Positions 36,699 to 46,231 of a stretch of DNA of 64,000 nucleotides are shown piece by piece. Position 1 is the first letter of the stretch; each line of letters begins with the position of its first letter. Both the position numbers and the translations under genes were made by a program. Below the pieces are notes generated by a model. That model did no database searches and had not been told where the DNA came from. It saw only the letters and a program-made list of their open reading frames with translations. The DNA lies in assembly GCA_013003425.1 (NCBI GenBank), contig JABDJB010000017.1, positions 2,794-66,793 of the forward strand, read 5' to 3'. Origin of the DNA: Gammaproteobacteria bacterium. GTDB taxonomy: Bacteria > Pseudomonadota > Gammaproteobacteria > Steroidobacterales > JABDKV01.

Positions 36699-37931
36699 AT
36701 GGCATACCCAATTTCCGCCCGACTGGCAGTTCTGAGCCTGGTCGCCCTTACCGGCGCCTGCTCCACGATCAAGTCCTACATGCCCCAATCGGGTGAGGCT
36801 GCAGAGCAGACTGCTGCCAGCGCGCCGTCGGTGTACAGCCCGGCTCCCGCTGCCCCGGCGCCGCAATCGCATCCGCAGCTGCGGCCTGCCACAGACAGCA
36901 ATCGCGGCTATGGCACCGAATATGACAGCAACCCTGTTGCCGTGCCGATCAAGCCCGGCGCTCCGGATCGTTACACCGTCGTCAGGGGCGACACGCTGTG
37001 GGACATCTCCGGGTTGTTTCTCGAGGATCCCTGGTTGTGGCCGGAGATCTGGTATGTCAATCCGCAAATCGATAACCCGCACCTGATTTATCCCGGTGAT
37101 GTGCTCAGCCTGGTCTGGGTCGATGGCCGACCGCAGATCCGCATCGACCGTGGCGGGGTCTCGGCCGATGTGCGCCTTTCGCCGGAAGTCCGCTACCAGT
37201 CACTGGAAGATGCGATACCGACCATTCCCTACGACGCGATTGCCGGCTTTTTGTCAAAGCCCACTGTCCTCGACAAGAAAACAGTGCGGCGTTCGCCCTA
37301 CATCGTGGATATACGCGAAAGCCACCTGATTGCCGGCTCCGGTTTTCATGTCTACGTGCGTGGCACTGATGCGCCGGCCGGCACACGTTTTCATGTTTAC
37401 AACGTCGGTGACGAGCTGTTCGACCCGGACAGCGGCAGGCTGCTCGGTTTCGAAGGGCTGTATGTCGGCGAAGGCCGTATCGAAGAAACCGGCGACCCGT
37501 CGACGCTGTTCCTGACCGAAACACGACGTGAAGCGCTGAAAGGCGACATCCTGATCCTGGAAGATCCAAAGCTGCCGCTGAGCTTTTTTCCGCGCGCTCC
37601 CGAGCAGCCGGTCGAGGGCCGCATCATCTCCGTAGTAGACGGCGTTTCCCTGATCGGCACCTACCAGATCGTGTCAATAAATCGCGGATCCAATCACGGT
37701 ATAGCCACAGGCCACGTGCTGTCGGTGTACGAAACCGGCGAGGTCATACACGACCGTTTCGCACAAGCCGGTGGCTTCAGCAGCCTGTTCCGCCGCAAGA
37801 AATTGCAGCTGCCAGACAAGCATGCCGGCGAAATGATGGTATTTCGTGTGGCTGAGGAGATCAGCTACGGCCTGATAATGCACGCGACCAGCGAAATCAA
37901 CGTGCTCGATACCGTGCGCAACCCGGAATAG
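36699..37931 (+). CDS. LysM peptidoglycan-binding domain protein (conserved dprA-upstream gene)
   Basis: Lipoprotein-like signal (LVALTGAC) and LysM YTVVRGDTLWDISGLFLEDPWLWPEIWYVNPQIDNPHLIYPGDVLSL. Confidence 0.85.
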   Translation: MAYPISARLAVLSLVALTGACSTIKSYMPQSGEAAEQTAASAPSVYSPAPAAPAPQSHPQLRPATDSNRGYGTEYDSNPVAVPIKPGAPDRYTVVRGDTLWDISGLFLEDPWLWPEIWYVNPQIDNPHLIYPGDVLSLVWVDGRPQIRIDRGGVSADVRLSPEVRYQSLEDAIPTIPYDAIAGFLSKPTVLDKKTVRRSPYIVDIRESHLIAGSGFHVYVRGTDAPAGTRFHVYNVGDELFDPDSGRLLGFEGLYVGEGRIEETGDPSTLFLTETRREALKGDILILEDPKLPLSFFPRAPEQPVEGRIISVVDGVSLIGTYQIVSINRGSNHGIATGHVLSVYETGEVIHDRFAQAGGFSSLFRRKKLQLPDKHAGEMMVFRVAEEISYGLIMHATSEINVLDTVRNPE

Positions 37932-37939
37932 CCTGGCAC

Positions 37940-38341
37940 TCAGGCTGGATTTCTTATTACCCGCGTCATGAACAGCACGACGTAACGCAGCACGAAGAAA
38001 AACGCCAGCGCCGTTGCGGTGGCCAACGTGCCATTCAGTAGACCGGACTTCACGAGGTAGCCGATTATCAGGCTGGCTGCCAACGTTATCAGGATGTTGA
38101 CCAAACAATAACGCCAGAACCCCGGGTTAACGATATCGGTCATCCGGTAAACCTGGTATTTGGCGATAAACAACACGCCGAGCACCACCAGTGAAGAGAT
38201 GGTGGAGTCAAAACCAGCGACATCAATCGCATAGGCATTGAGCAACACGGCAGCAATATAGAAAATACCGCCAACTGCGGCGAAGCGCGTAAACAACCGG
38301 GCGTGATCAGTGGCCATCGTGCTATGGCCGCTCCATTTCAA
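37940..38341 (-). CDS. GtrA-like small membrane protein
   Basis: 133 aa, 4 TM, N-terminal FTRFAAVGGIFYIAAVLLNAY resembles the GtrA family. Overlaps the upstream methyltransferase gene by 20 nt. Confidence 0.5.
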   Translation of the reverse strand: MKWSGHSTMATDHARLFTRFAAVGGIFYIAAVLLNAYAIDVAGFDSTISSLVVLGVLFIAKYQVYRMTDIVNPGFWRYCLVNILITLAASLIIGYLVKSGLLNGTLATATALAFFFVLRYVVLFMTRVIRNPA

Positions 38342-38873
38342 TGACGAACGTCGGAGACAGCAACCCGATGGCCCTGGTTATCCTGAATCGGAAAATTGCG
38401 TAAGGGAAAAAGCCGTAGATATGCGCGGCGGGAAACAGCTGCCTGATGTCCCGCAGCGAAAAGAAATGCAGGTGTCCGTCATGCTGCAGATCGCGCGGCG
38501 TCTTGCCGAACAGCCTGGCAAGTGGATACAACCAGAACGCGCTGTTAGGCGTTGTCAGAATAAGCTTCCCGCCCGGTTTCAGCACCCGCTCACATTCGGC
38601 AACGAACTGCTCCGGTGATTGCAGGTGCTCGATGACTTCGCTGCACCAGACCAGATCATACGACGCGTCTGCGAACGGCAGGCCGTCATTTACATCGGCG
38701 ATCAGGGCATTCTCATAGTGCTTCTCGATATCGATCGACGCGACATGGTAACCGTGCCGCTCAAGCCAGCGGCTCTGGGTACCTTCGCGACAGCCAACAT
38801 CCAGCGCACTGTGGCCGTCACCTTCCGGCACCAGCTCGAGCGCAATCAGCTTGCCCTTGGTGGTGTTGCGCAA
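38322..38873 (-). CDS. class I SAM-dependent methyltransferase
   Basis: Motif I ALDVGCREG, post-I DIEKH, motif II/III DLVWCSEVIEHL and LKPGGKLILTTPN. Confidence 0.75.
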   Translation of the reverse strand: MRNTTKGKLIALELVPEGDGHSALDVGCREGTQSRWLERHGYHVASIDIEKHYENALIADVNDGLPFADASYDLVWCSEVIEHLQSPEQFVAECERVLKPGGKLILTTPNSAFWLYPLARLFGKTPRDLQHDGHLHFFSLRDIRQLFPAAHIYGFFPYAIFRFRITRAIGLLSPTFVIEMERP

Positions 38874-39055
38874 CTCTCCCTGGCCAAGGTCGATTGGTAG
38901 TTTTTTGAGGAATTTGACGATGCTGTTACTTGAAATACCAACAGTTCAAAACAGCATAACATCAGCGCAACATATAGCGGCGCAGCAAGAAAGCTTACTT
39001 TTTGACACATTATCCTGGCTTGCCGAATAATCGCTGGCGCGTAGCATGGGTGTCG

Positions 39056-40171
39056 ATGACTGATTTACGCAGCTGGCTGATCCTGCTCCGGGCACCTGGC
39101 CTGAACAGCACTATTGTCGATCAGCTGCTCGAAACATACGGCGACGCCGCAACAGTCATTGCCTCTGGCCGCTCCGGCCTGCGGCAGGCCGGTCTGCAAG
39201 AAAAGACTATCAGCGCATTACTACACCCTGATAATGCGCTTGTTGACGCTGATCTTGCGTGGCTGGCAAAACCCGGCCGTGAACTGATCCCGCGTGGAGC
39301 CGACAACTATCCCGTTTTGCTCGCTGCTACACCCGGTGCTCCGCTAGCCCTGTTTGTCGATGGCGATCCGCTGACTTTGGCGCTGCCGCAGCTGGCAATA
39401 GTCGGCAGCCGTAACCCGACGGCGACCGGCCGCGACAACGCAACTGCATTCGCCCGTCACCTGGCCGGCTGCGGCCTGGCGATCACCAGCGGACTGGCGA
39501 CCGGCATCGACTCCTGCGCCCACGCCGGCGCGCTGGACGGAACGGGCCGGACTATCGCCGTCTGCGGCACCGGGCTGGACCAGGTCTATCCGGCCGACCG
39601 TGCCGGCCTGGCCGATCGCATCCGCCAGAACGGTGCCCTGGTCAGCGAATTCCCACCCGGAACACCCCCGCGTCGTGCACATTTCCCGCAGCGCAACCGG
39701 ATAATCGCGGGCATGGCGATGGGTACGCTGGTGGTCGAGGCAGCACACCGCAGTGGCTCGCTGATTACGGCACATCGCGCCATCGAATTTGGCCGCGAAG
39801 TGTTTGCCATCCCCGGGTCCATTCACAATCCGCTGTCACGCGGCTGCCACCGCCTTATTCGCGAAGGCGCCAAGCTGGTCGAATCGTCAACCGACATCCT
39901 CGACGAGCTCGCGCCAGTGTTTCAGGCTGCACACGAAATCGAGCCCGCTCAGAGCGCCGTTGCGGACCATGACAGGCTCGATGAGGATTACGCCAAGTTA
40001 TTGGATTGTATCGGTTATGAGCCTACGCAAATCGACACAATGGTCCAACGCAGCGGATTGACGGCGAATGAGGTTTCATCCATGCTGCTGATCCTGGAGC
40101 TCCGCGGCTATGTAAGCCAGGTCGCCGGTGGCGGTTTCTCCAGGACAGGAAAAAAGAGATCTACTGAATGA
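39056..40171 (+). CDS. dprA: DNA-processing protein DprA
   Basis: LAIVGSRNPTATGRDNA..., ITSGLATGIDSCAHAGAL, FPQRNRIIAGMAMGTLVVEAAHRSGSLITA. Start at ATG 39056 (the track uses TTG 39002). Confidence 0.93.
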   Translation: MTDLRSWLILLRAPGLNSTIVDQLLETYGDAATVIASGRSGLRQAGLQEKTISALLHPDNALVDADLAWLAKPGRELIPRGADNYPVLLAATPGAPLALFVDGDPLTLALPQLAIVGSRNPTATGRDNATAFARHLAGCGLAITSGLATGIDSCAHAGALDGTGRTIAVCGTGLDQVYPADRAGLADRIRQNGALVSEFPPGTPPRRAHFPQRNRIIAGMAMGTLVVEAAHRSGSLITAHRAIEFGREVFAIPGSIHNPLSRGCHRLIREGAKLVESSTDILDELAPVFQAAHEIEPAQSAVADHDRLDEDYAKLLDCIGYEPTQIDTMVQRSGLTANEVSSMLLILELRGYVSQVAGGGFSRTGKKRSTE

Positions 40172-40635
40172 AAGAAAGCGTGCTCGACGTACTGATGTAC
40201 CTGTTCGAAGCATTTGCCGACGCTGATATCGAGCCCGAGTCGGACCGCAACGTGTTGCGCGGGGAGTTATTGCAGGCCGGTTTTGACGAGCCCAACGTCG
40301 ACCGCGCATTCGCATGGCTCGACGAACTGAACGACACCGACTCCTCCGATACGCCAGACGCCGATGCCCTGCGGGTATTTTCCGGCGCCGAGACCGCGCA
40401 GCTTGGCGTGGATGCGGTCGGCTACCTGATGCACCTGCAGCACATCGGCATCCTGCGGGCGGCTCAGCTGGAAATCGTCATGGACCGCCTGATGGCGCTG
40501 GGCGACACCGACATTGATATGGAACAAATCAAGTGGATTGTGCTCATAGTGCTTTACAGCCAGTCCGACCAGCATGAAGAATATGCGCGCATGGAGAACC
40601 TGGTATTCGAGGACGGCCCTGCCGTACTCCACTGA
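40168..40635 (+). CDS. smg: Smg protein (DUF494)
   Basis: MKESVLDVLMYLFEAF...LQAGFDEPNVDRAFAWLDEL is the conserved Smg N-terminus. ATGA overlap with dprA. Confidence 0.9.
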   Translation: MKESVLDVLMYLFEAFADADIEPESDRNVLRGELLQAGFDEPNVDRAFAWLDELNDTDSSDTPDADALRVFSGAETAQLGVDAVGYLMHLQHIGILRAAQLEIVMDRLMALGDTDIDMEQIKWIVLIVLYSQSDQHEEYARMENLVFEDGPAVLH

Positions 40636-40662
40636 CCCCCACCAGCGGCGCAAGCTATATAA

Positions 40663-43188
40663 ATGAGTAAAAACCTCGTCATCGTGGAATCGCCGGCCAA
40701 GGCGAAAACCATCGAGAAGTATCTTGGCAAGGAATTCCAGGTACTGGCCTCGTATGGTCACGTGCGTGACCTCGTGCCAAAGGAAGGTGCTGTCGATCCG
40801 GAAAACAACTTCGCGATGAAGTACGACGTGATCGACAAAAACAGCAAGCACGTTGATGCCATTTCCCGAGCGCTGAAAAAAGCCGATGCGCTGTACCTGG
40901 CCACTGACCCCGACCGTGAAGGCGAGGCTATTTCGTGGCACCTGACCGAGCTGTTGCGCGAACGCAAAGCGCTTAACGGCAAACCGGTCTACCGCGTCGT
41001 GTTTTACGAGATCACAAAAAACGCGGTGCGCGAGGCGATAGCGAATCCCAAGGATTTGTCCGACCACCTGGTCAATGCACAGCAGGCACGCCGTGCGCTG
41101 GATTACCTGGTCGGCTTTAACCTGTCGCCGCTGCTGTGGAAGAAGATCCGCCGCGGATTGTCGGCCGGCCGGGTGCAGAGCCCGGCTTTACGCCTTATTG
41201 TCGAGCGCGAACTCGAAATCGAAGCGTTCAATCCACGCGAATACTGGACCGTCGACGCCCAGGTTGAAAAAGACAAGACCGAATTCACCGCCCGGCTGGC
41301 AGAATTTGACGGCGAGAAGATCGAGCAGTTCACCATTGGCGATGAAGACCATGCCAACCGCGTCGAAAAGACGCTCAAAGATGCGGCCAAAGGCAAGTTG
41401 CTCGTTGCCAAAATCACCAAGAAACAACGCCGGCGTAACCCGACGGCACCATTCACTACATCGACGCTGCAGCAGGAAGCTTCACGCAAGCTTGGCTTTG
41501 GCGCTCAGCGCACGATGCGTACAGCACAAAAACTGTACGAAGGCCTGGATACCGGGTCCGGGCCAGTTGGTCTCATTACTTATATGCGAACCGACTCAGT
41601 CTCGCTGGCGGCCGATGCCATCGAGGAAATTCGCGCTGTCATTGTCGACCGCTACGGCAAGGACAAGCTCCCCGATGAGCCCCGTGCCTACAAGACAAAG
41701 GCCAAAAACGCACAGGAGGCGCATGAAGCCATCCGCCCAACCTCCGTGGAGCGAACGCCGGATTCTCTAAAAGGGTCACTCGACAGCGATCAGCTAAAGC
41801 TTTATGGACTGATCTGGAAACGCACCATGGCGTGCCAGATGACCAGTGCGATATTCGATACCGTCGCCGCTGATCTGGTCGCGGGCGAGGATGGCCCGAA
41901 ACGTCACCGCTTCCGCGCCAATGGCTCGGTGCTGGTTGAGCCCGGCTTCATGAGCGTCTACCAGGAAGGCCAGGACGACAAGAAAACCGACGACAAGGAC
42001 CGCATCCTGCCGCCAATGGAAGAAGGCGATCGTGTCAATCTGAAGGAAGTTCTGCCGGACCAGCACTTCACCGAGCCGCCGCCGCGCTACACCGAAGCCA
42101 GTCTGGTCAAGGCGCTGGAAGAATTTGGCATCGGCCGGCCGTCCACCTACGCCAGCATTATCTCGACGCTGGTCAATCGCGAGTATGTCGAGCTGGACCG
42201 CAAGCGGTTCACGCCAACCGACATCGGCCGCGTGGTGAACAACTTCCTGACCAACTTCTTTACCCAGTACGTCGACTACGACTTCACCGCCAACATGGAA
42301 GACGAGCTGGACGCCGTATCACGTGGCGAGGAAGACTGGCAGCCTCTGCTGGAAAGATTCTGGGGCCCGTTCGCCAAACTGGTCGCCCACACCGAAGAAA
42401 ACGTCTCGCGCGACGAAGCCGTAAATGCACGCGAGCTTGGCACTGACCCGAAATCCGGTAAACCAATGTCGGTGCGCATGGGCCGCTACGGGCCATTTGT
42501 GCAGATCGGCACCCGTGACGATGAGGACAAGCCGAAGTTTGCCGGGCTGCGTCCCGGCCAGCGCATGGATTCGATTACTTTTGAAGAAGCCATAGACCTG
42601 TTCAAGCTGCCACGCAAGCTGGGCGAAACTGCCGACGGTGATCCGGTCTCGGCTTCGATTGGCCGCTTCGGGCCGTATGTTCGCTATGGCAACAAGTTTG
42701 TGTCGATACGCGGCGAAGACGACCCTTACACAATCCAGCTCAAGCGCGCCCTCGAGCTTATCGAAGAGAAAAAGATTGAGGACGCCAACCGGCTGATAAA
42801 GGATTTTCCCGACGAGGGCATCCAGATACTGCGTGGCCGTTACGGCCCCTACGTAACCAACAAGGAAAAGAACGCCCGCGTACCTAAAGATCGTGAGCCG
42901 GAGAGCCTGACGCTGGCAGAGTGCCAGGAGCTGCTGGAGAAAGCACCGGTACGCGGCCGCCGGAAGAAAAAGAAAAAGAAAACCGGCAAGGCCGAGAGCA
43001 CGACCGAACTGAAACAGGCAGCGAAGAAGGTGCCACGGAAGAAAGCTGCCGCGAAAAAGAAGAAAAAGAAAAAGAAGAAAAAGGCCGCGAAGAAAAAAAC
43101 GGCTAAAAAGAAAACAGCCAAAAAGAAGACGACGCGCAAAAAGACCGCGAAGAAGACCGGCAGCACTGCCGCTTCTGACAAGGGCTGA
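40663..43188 (+). CDS. topA: DNA topoisomerase I (Cys-less C-terminal repeat type with poly-Lys tail)
   Basis: Toprim LVIVESPAKAKTIEKYLG and active-site region ITYMRTDS. C-terminal GR(Y/F)GPY(V) repeats x4 with no Zn-ribbon cysteines. Final ~75 aa are Lys/Ala-rich. Confidence 0.95.
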   Translation: MSKNLVIVESPAKAKTIEKYLGKEFQVLASYGHVRDLVPKEGAVDPENNFAMKYDVIDKNSKHVDAISRALKKADALYLATDPDREGEAISWHLTELLRERKALNGKPVYRVVFYEITKNAVREAIANPKDLSDHLVNAQQARRALDYLVGFNLSPLLWKKIRRGLSAGRVQSPALRLIVERELEIEAFNPREYWTVDAQVEKDKTEFTARLAEFDGEKIEQFTIGDEDHANRVEKTLKDAAKGKLLVAKITKKQRRRNPTAPFTTSTLQQEASRKLGFGAQRTMRTAQKLYEGLDTGSGPVGLITYMRTDSVSLAADAIEEIRAVIVDRYGKDKLPDEPRAYKTKAKNAQEAHEAIRPTSVERTPDSLKGSLDSDQLKLYGLIWKRTMACQMTSAIFDTVAADLVAGEDGPKRHRFRANGSVLVEPGFMSVYQEGQDDKKTDDKDRILPPMEEGDRVNLKEVLPDQHFTEPPPRYTEASLVKALEEFGIGRPSTYASIISTLVNREYVELDRKRFTPTDIGRVVNNFLTNFFTQYVDYDFTANMEDELDAVSRGEEDWQPLLERFWGPFAKLVAHTEENVSRDEAVNARELGTDPKSGKPMSVRMGRYGPFVQIGTRDDEDKPKFAGLRPGQRMDSITFEEAIDLFKLPRKLGETADGDPVSASIGRFGPYVRYGNKFVSIRGEDDPYTIQLKRALELIEEKKIEDANRLIKDFPDEGIQILRGRYGPYVTNKEKNARVPKDREPESLTLAECQELLEKAPVRGRRKKKKKKTGKAESTTELKQAAKKVPRKKAAAKKKKKKKKKKAAKKKTAKKKTAKKKTTRKKTAKKTGSTAASDKG

Positions 43189-43207
43189 TTAAACGGGTCG
43201 TCGTTCC

Positions 43208-43765
43208 ATGCCTGGCTCGTTCCTGATTCGACGCGCCGCTGCAGCCGTTGCGGCGGGTGGTGTTATTGCCTACCCGACCGAAGGTGTTTACGGGCTGGGC
43301 TGTGACCCGGAAAACGAAGACGCCGTTGCGCGACTGCTCGATATCAAACAGCGTCCGGCAGAACAGGGTTTGATACTCATCGCCGCACACATCGATCTGC
43401 TCAACAACTACTTCGCGCCTTTGCCTGAACCGGCGCGTCAGCAGCTGGAGGACAGCTGGCCCGGGCCACAGACGTGGCTGGTGCCGGCGGCTGACAGCGC
43501 GCCTGAGTGGATTACCGGCAGGCACACCACCATCGCGGTACGGGTCACTGACCACCCGGTGGCAAGCGCATTGTGCGCAAGCTGCGGCCACGCGCTGGTC
43601 TCAACCAGCGCCAATATCACCGGCCACCCGCCGGCACGCAGCGCCCATGCCGTTCGTCGGATGATGGGGGAGCAGCTGGACTATATACTCAGCGGCCCGG
43701 TTGGCCGGCTGGGCGGAGCGACGCCCATTCGCGACCTTCGCAGTGGACAATTGATCAGGGCATAG
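43208..43765 (+). CDS. tsaC: L-threonylcarbamoyladenylate synthase type 1
   Basis: GGVIAYPTEGVYGLGCDP...LLDIKQRP...STSANITG are YrdC/TsaC motifs; 185 aa. Confidence 0.9.
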   Translation: MPGSFLIRRAAAAVAAGGVIAYPTEGVYGLGCDPENEDAVARLLDIKQRPAEQGLILIAAHIDLLNNYFAPLPEPARQQLEDSWPGPQTWLVPAADSAPEWITGRHTTIAVRVTDHPVASALCASCGHALVSTSANITGHPPARSAHAVRRMMGEQLDYILSGPVGRLGGATPIRDLRSGQLIRA

Positions 43766-44689
43766 ATGACGGCAGGTGAAAAACAGGTTGCGGCAGTGGA
43801 GCAATGGCTTTGTTCCCTGCACGACGACATTACCGCCACGCTGGAACAGCTGGACGGCGGCGCGAAATTCCACCGCGACAGCTGGCAACGGCCAGCCGGC
43901 GGCGGCGGTGACAGCCGGGTTCTGACTGACGGGGCGCTGTTCGAAAAGGCCGGCATCAATTACTCCAAGGTTACCGGCGATTCTCTGCCGGCTTCGGCTA
44001 CAGCCCACCGTCAGGAGCTGGCCGGTCGCAGCTTCCAGGCCATGGGGGTTTCGCTGGTAATGCATCCGCGCAATCCGTATGTACCCACCTCACATGCCAA
44101 CGTTCGTTTTTTTGTTGCGGAGAAAGAAAACGCCGATCCGGTCTGGTGGTTTGGCGGCGGCTTTGACCTGACGCCCTACTACGGCTTTGCTGAAGACGCC
44201 CGGCACTGGCACGAAACGGCACACGCAGCGTGTGCACCGTTTGGTGAACAGGTCTACCCGCAGCTCAAGGACTGGTGCGACAGGTACTTCTATCTGCGTC
44301 ACCGGGATGAGCCACGCGGTATCGGCGGTCTTTTTTTCGATGACTGGAACGAGCCCGATTTTGAGACGGCGTTTGCCTTCACGCGCTCTGTCGGTGAGCA
44401 CTACCTGCCTGCCTACGTTCCGATATGCGAACGCCGCCGCCACCACGACTATGGCGAGCGCGAGCGGCAGTTCCAGCTTTATCGTCGCGGCCGGTATGTG
44501 GAGTTCAACCTGGTTTACGATCGCGGCACGCTGTTTGGCCTGCAGTCCGGCGGGCGCACAGAGTCCATCCTGATGAGCCTGCCGCCGCTGGTACGCTGGG
44601 AATACGATTACCATCCCGAGGCAGGTAGCGCCGAAGCGGCGCTGTACGATGAGTTTCTCAAACCAAAGGACTGGCTGCCGCAGAGTTAA
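43766..44689 (+). CDS. hemF: oxygen-dependent coproporphyrinogen III oxidase
   Basis: [56 protein letters not shown]. Confidence 0.95.
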   Translation: MTAGEKQVAAVEQWLCSLHDDITATLEQLDGGAKFHRDSWQRPAGGGGDSRVLTDGALFEKAGINYSKVTGDSLPASATAHRQELAGRSFQAMGVSLVMHPRNPYVPTSHANVRFFVAEKENADPVWWFGGGFDLTPYYGFAEDARHWHETAHAACAPFGEQVYPQLKDWCDRYFYLRHRDEPRGIGGLFFDDWNEPDFETAFAFTRSVGEHYLPAYVPICERRRHHDYGERERQFQLYRRGRYVEFNLVYDRGTLFGLQSGGRTESILMSLPPLVRWEYDYHPEAGSAEAALYDEFLKPKDWLPQS

Positions 44690-44694
44690 CGCCA

Positions 44695-45111
44695 GTGACG
44701 CCTTTCCATCTCGCATTCCCCGTCACCGACCTCAAGCAGGCGCGAGATTTTTATAACGGCCTGTTGCGCTGCCCGATCGGCCGGCAGTCGAAACGCTGGA
44801 TTGACTTCGACTTCTTCGGTCACCAGATAACGGCGCACCTGACCGAGTCTGCCGGGGCAGTCGCAACCAACCCGGTCGATGGTGAATCTGTTCCGGTACG
44901 TCATTTTGGCGCCATTCTGGAACTGCCGGTGTGGCGCGAACTGGCCCAGCGACTGGAACAGGCCGGCGTGAATTTTCTGATCCGGCCGCAAACCCGTTTT
45001 GCAGGTCAGGCCGGCGAGCAGGCCACAATGTTTATACGCGACCCGAGTGGCAACGCGCTTGAATTCAAGGCTTTTGCTGATCCGGGCCGCATTTTTGCCA
45101 CCGAGGGCTAA
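44695..45111 (+). CDS. VOC/glyoxalase-family protein
   Basis: GTG start. [23 protein letters not shown]-like N-terminus and [14 protein letters not shown]-terminal strand. Confidence 0.7.
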   Translation: MTPFHLAFPVTDLKQARDFYNGLLRCPIGRQSKRWIDFDFFGHQITAHLTESAGAVATNPVDGESVPVRHFGAILELPVWRELAQRLEQAGVNFLIRPQTRFAGQAGEQATMFIRDPSGNALEFKAFADPGRIFATEG

Positions 45112-45115
45112 GCGA

Positions 45116-45670
45116 ATGGCATGGATAGAAGAAATAGAACCGCAGGAAGCGACCGACGAACTGAAGGAAGTCTACGAGCAGCTGACAAAGCAGCGCGGCA
45201 AGGTCGCCAACATAATGAAGGTGCACAGCCTCAACCCGGGCGCGATGCAAAAGCATCTGGATTTATACATGCACCTGATGTTTGGCAAGTCCGGGCTGAG
45301 TCGGGCCGATCGTGAAGCCATAGCGGTAGCGGTTTCGGCGGCCAATGATTGTGCCTACTGTGTTACGCATCATGCCGAGGCGCTGGCCCGTTACGAAAAA
45401 GACGCGAAGATCAGCGACATGCTGAAAGGCCTGCGTTTCCTCGACCTGCCGGACAGGACCGCGCGTATCCTCAGCTATGCCGTCAAGCTGACCTACAAGC
45501 CCAGCAACGTCGGCACCACGGACATCGACGAGCTGCGTGATGCCGGGCTAAGCGATCGTGACATACTCGACGTAAACCTCATTGCCGCTTACTTCAATTT
45601 CGTCAACCGCATTGCGCTGGGGCTTGGCGTGACTTTCTCCTCTGATGAGATGACGGGCTACAAGACATGA
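45116..45670 (+). CDS. carboxymuconolactone-decarboxylase/AhpD-like peroxidase-related protein
   Basis: Internal Met MAWIEEIEPQEATDELKEVY. CxxC-type motif SAANDCAYCVTHH. LIAAYFNFVNRIALGLGV is typical of 'peroxidase-related enzyme' CMD family members. Confidence 0.75.
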   Translation: MAWIEEIEPQEATDELKEVYEQLTKQRGKVANIMKVHSLNPGAMQKHLDLYMHLMFGKSGLSRADREAIAVAVSAANDCAYCVTHHAEALARYEKDAKISDMLKGLRFLDLPDRTARILSYAVKLTYKPSNVGTTDIDELRDAGLSDRDILDVNLIAAYFNFVNRIALGLGVTFSSDEMTGYKT

Positions 45671-45675
45671 TCTTA

Positions 45676-46228
45676 TCGCGCCTGGAAGGCGCTCCTACGG
45701 GAAGGCCGCGTGGGAGCGGCATCCTGCCGCGATTCTTCCAGGCCGCAACCCTGCTTCGTGGGAGCTGCATCCTGCCGCGATTCTTCCAGGCCGCAACCCT
45801 GCTTCGTGGGAGCGGCATCCTGCCGCGATTTTCCAGGCCGCAACCATGCTTCGTAGGAGCGGCATCCTGCCGCGATTCTTCCAGGCCGCAACCCTGCTTC
45901 GTAGGAGCGGCATCCTGCCGCGATTTTCCAGGCCGCGACCATGCTTCGTGGGAGCGGCATCCTGCCGCGATTCTTCCAGGCCGCAACCCTGCTTCGTGGG
46001 AGCGGCATCCTGCCGCGATTCTTCCAGGCCGCGACCCTGCTTCGTGGGAGCGGCATCCTGCCGCGATTTTCCAGGCCGAAACCATGCTTCGTAGGAGCGG
46101 CATCCTGCCGCGATTCTTCCAAATGATCTCTGCGGGTGATTTTGTCGCGCCTGGAAGGCGCTCCCACGGTTTTTCCCGCTTCGTAGGAGCGGCATCCTGC
46201 CGCGATTTTCCAGGCCGCTACCATGCTT
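45676..46228. repeat. REP array: ~9 tandem 47/48-bp units (REP variant GT(G/A)GGAGCGGCATCCTGCCGCGAT + 27-nt spacer) flanked by two GCGCCT/AGGCGC-stem REPs, plus one terminal unit
   Basis: Direct reading finds GGAGCGGCATCCTGCCGCGATT at ~45713, 45761 (one variant), 45809, 45856, 45904, 45951, 45999, 46047, 46094 and 46187. TCGCGCCTGGAAGGCGCTCC(T/C)AC occurs at 45676-45698 and 46145-46167. Fills the whole gap between the AhpD-like stop and the tag start. Confidence 0.9.
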
Positions 46229-46231
46229 CGC

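Noticed and set aside
42849-43181. 110-aa poly-Phe ORF on the minus strand
   Set aside because: It is the complement of the poly-Lys (AAG/AAA) tail of topA.
45676-46228. CRISPR-like appearance (palindromic repeats regularly spaced); the same applies to 51341-51558
   Set aside because: The 'spacers' are essentially identical from unit to unit. The repeat is the genome-wide REP, and there are no cas genes in the window. These are tandem REP arrays, not CRISPR.
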